In this document: piece by piece, positions 62,638 through 64,000 of the stretch
Layout of the letters: each line of letters starts with the position of its first letter
Position numbering within the stretch: position 1 is the stretch's first letter
Virus record (IMG/VR): IMGVR_UViG_3300048672_000527
Coordinates: 100,770 to 164,769 of that record
Direction: 5' to 3' (one strand)
DNA length: 64,000 nt
Source of the DNA: a virus
Taxonomy: Duplodnaviria > Heunggongvirae > Uroviricota > Caudoviricetes
The notes under the pieces: generated by a model
The model's database searches: none
Told to the model about the DNA's origin: nothing
Seen by the model: the letters and a program-made list of their open reading frames with translations, nothing else
Translations under genes and position numbers: made by a program

Positions 62638-62918
62638 AACAAAAAGTCACGGTAGATTTTGCAATGTTGCATGACTGGTTTGACTACGTTGTAAGCGTTC
62701 GCAGACTGCACGATACAACATCAGGTCGCATGGAGAACACGGTAGTTGCAACCGAAGCCATCGCCATTCTGGACAAGACGCCAGAGGTGGAGGTTGTTGG
62801 GCACAGCGAAGAAAAGCCGTGTACTAACTGCGTATCTTGGAACTGCGAACTACATGGCAAGCCTGATAACGCGCCGTGTTTACCAAGACCCCTCTACGCC
62901 ATCAAGGAGACGAAATGA
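62634..62918 (+). CDS. hypothetical protein, family member 2
   Basis: AIAILDKTPEVEVVGH .. LYAIKETK matches 61456 gene. Confidence 0.5.
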   Translation: MKQKVTVDFAMLHDWFDYVVSVRRLHDTTSGRMENTVVATEAIAILDKTPEVEVVGHSEEKPCTNCVSWNCELHGKPDNAPCLPRPLYAIKETK

Positions 62919-63676
62919 GACTCTACACAGACGAGCAAGTGAAGGTGCTTGAGATTGCACTGAGGGCTATTCTGATTACTGCGGATGATCTTGAGATGCA
63001 TAGCACAAAACGACGTACCGAAGCAGCCCTCGCAACACTACGCAGTGGGCAGGATGTGACTGGAGAGGCGTTTGCTTATTGCAATCAAGCTGATATTGAC
63101 AAACTGAAAGCTGATAAGTGGGCTTGTGTCGAAGTGTCCGCGTACAAAGTAGATGGTTCTGAAAACATTCCGTTGCATCTAGCAGCACCCACACAGAGCG
63201 CACAGCCCGCTCACATCCGATCAATCAAGATTCCAACTGACACGATGGAGCAAGAGTTTCAGACTCACTATCGCCGTGGGTATGAGGCTGGAAAGCTGAC
63301 ACAGAGCGCACAGATACCCGCAGGCTGGAAGTTGGTGCCCGCGACGCCAACCCCTGAAATGGTTGCCATTTGTCAATCAATCTTTGGCGCATTTGTTGAA
63401 GACACACCAGCAGACTACAAGAGAATTTACGCAGCAATGCTATCCGCATCCCCACAGAGCGCACAGCAGATACCCGCAGACGTTGCAAAGGATGCTCTGG
63501 ATGCGAAGCGGTATCGGTGGTTGCGCCAACGTGACCACGGGAAAAAGATTGGCGTAGAGATTCGCATTGGCGGGTATATGGGGATGTACTGGTTAGGTGC
63601 TAACGGCGTGAAGTACGAAACGGCATTGGACGCTGCAATCGACGCAGCAATAGCAGCACAAGGAGAGCAGCAATGA
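62915..63676 (+). CDS. hypothetical protein with three QSAQ-containing internal repeats
   Basis: 13-nt direct repeat ACAGAGCGCACAG x3 within CDS. Confidence 0.5.
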   Translation: MRLYTDEQVKVLEIALRAILITADDLEMHSTKRRTEAALATLRSGQDVTGEAFAYCNQADIDKLKADKWACVEVSAYKVDGSENIPLHLAAPTQSAQPAHIRSIKIPTDTMEQEFQTHYRRGYEAGKLTQSAQIPAGWKLVPATPTPEMVAICQSIFGAFVEDTPADYKRIYAAMLSASPQSAQQIPADVAKDALDAKRYRWLRQRDHGKKIGVEIRIGGYMGMYWLGANGVKYETALDAAIDAAIAAQGEQQ

Positions 63677-64000
63677 CCACAGTAAACGACATCATGGAAC
63701 TGGCTGATGTGTATGCCTTTCACATACCCGGAGGCAAAGCAAGCGATGATGCAAGCGCCGCACTCCGCGCAGCAGTCGAAGCGCTGGTTATCGGTCACGA
63801 ATCTTCGCGCACATCCATGCTTGAAATGTTGGCAAAGCACAAAGCGATGGCGCAGGAACTGGAAGCTGCGAAGGCTGATGCGGTAGAACTAGGACAACTG
63901 CGCGTCATCTATGCACAAGACGAGCGCGACATTGTGAAGCTGCGGCAGGAACTGGAAACTGCGAAGTCTGAATTGCGCGATGCAAACCTGCACATAAAAC
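63673..64000 (+). CDS. hypothetical coiled-coil protein (3' truncated by window end)
   Basis: ATGA overlap; continues past 64000. Confidence 0.5.
   Translation, partial: MTTVNDIMELADVYAFHIPGGKASDDASAALRAAVEALVIGHESSRTSMLEMLAKHKAMAQELEAAKADAVELGQLRVIYAQDERDIVKLRQELETAKSELRDANLHIK

Overview
This window looks like a 64-kb stretch of a T4-like (Tevenvirinae/Straboviridae) phage genome, probably from the KVP40 / Schizo-T-even group of Vibrio and Aeromonas phages; that assignment is an inference from gene content. Almost all genes are on the + strand and tightly packed, with ATGA and TAATG start/stop overlaps between neighbours. Low-GC T4-type early promoters recur about 25 times as GTTTACTTTTATTC..(17 nt)..TATAAT, often with the -10 box inside a short stem-loop (PeSL-like cassettes).

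Recognisable T4 homologs form the replication core: gp45 clamp, gp44/gp62 clamp loader, RegA, gp43 DNA polymerase, UvsX, gp41 helicase, DexA, RNase H, dCMP deaminase, gp30 DNA ligase, RnlA RNA ligase and PhoH. A GH19-type endolysin is also present.

Between about 15.7 and 23.9 kb lies a very large tRNA array of roughly 35-38 tRNA-like genes, driven by tandem early promoters. Many of them have non-canonical T-loops. Embedded in the array are a PTH2-like peptidyl-tRNA hydrolase, small ORFs, several inverted-repeat-bracketed structured elements, and a roughly 1-kb promoter-driven non-coding block (18.2-19.25 kb) with repeated modules and GNRA hairpins. I flag that block as a large structured ncRNA candidate.

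Downstream modules include a split HD / metallophosphoesterase / CCA-adding-enzyme cassette with a Pnk-like kinase, which reads as tRNA end repair, and the NadV+NatV NAD+ salvage pair with a Macro domain and a deoxyribosyltransferase-fold protein. Also present are HNH and GIY-YIG homing-type endonucleases, an Hsp20 and several lipoproteins.

The last 3 kb or so are GC-richer and contain paralogous small genes and intragenic repeats. No CRISPR array, integrase or rRNA was seen.

All calls were made by eye from the sequence and the ORF track. tRNA anticodons and boundaries are tentative and may be off by 1-2 nt.
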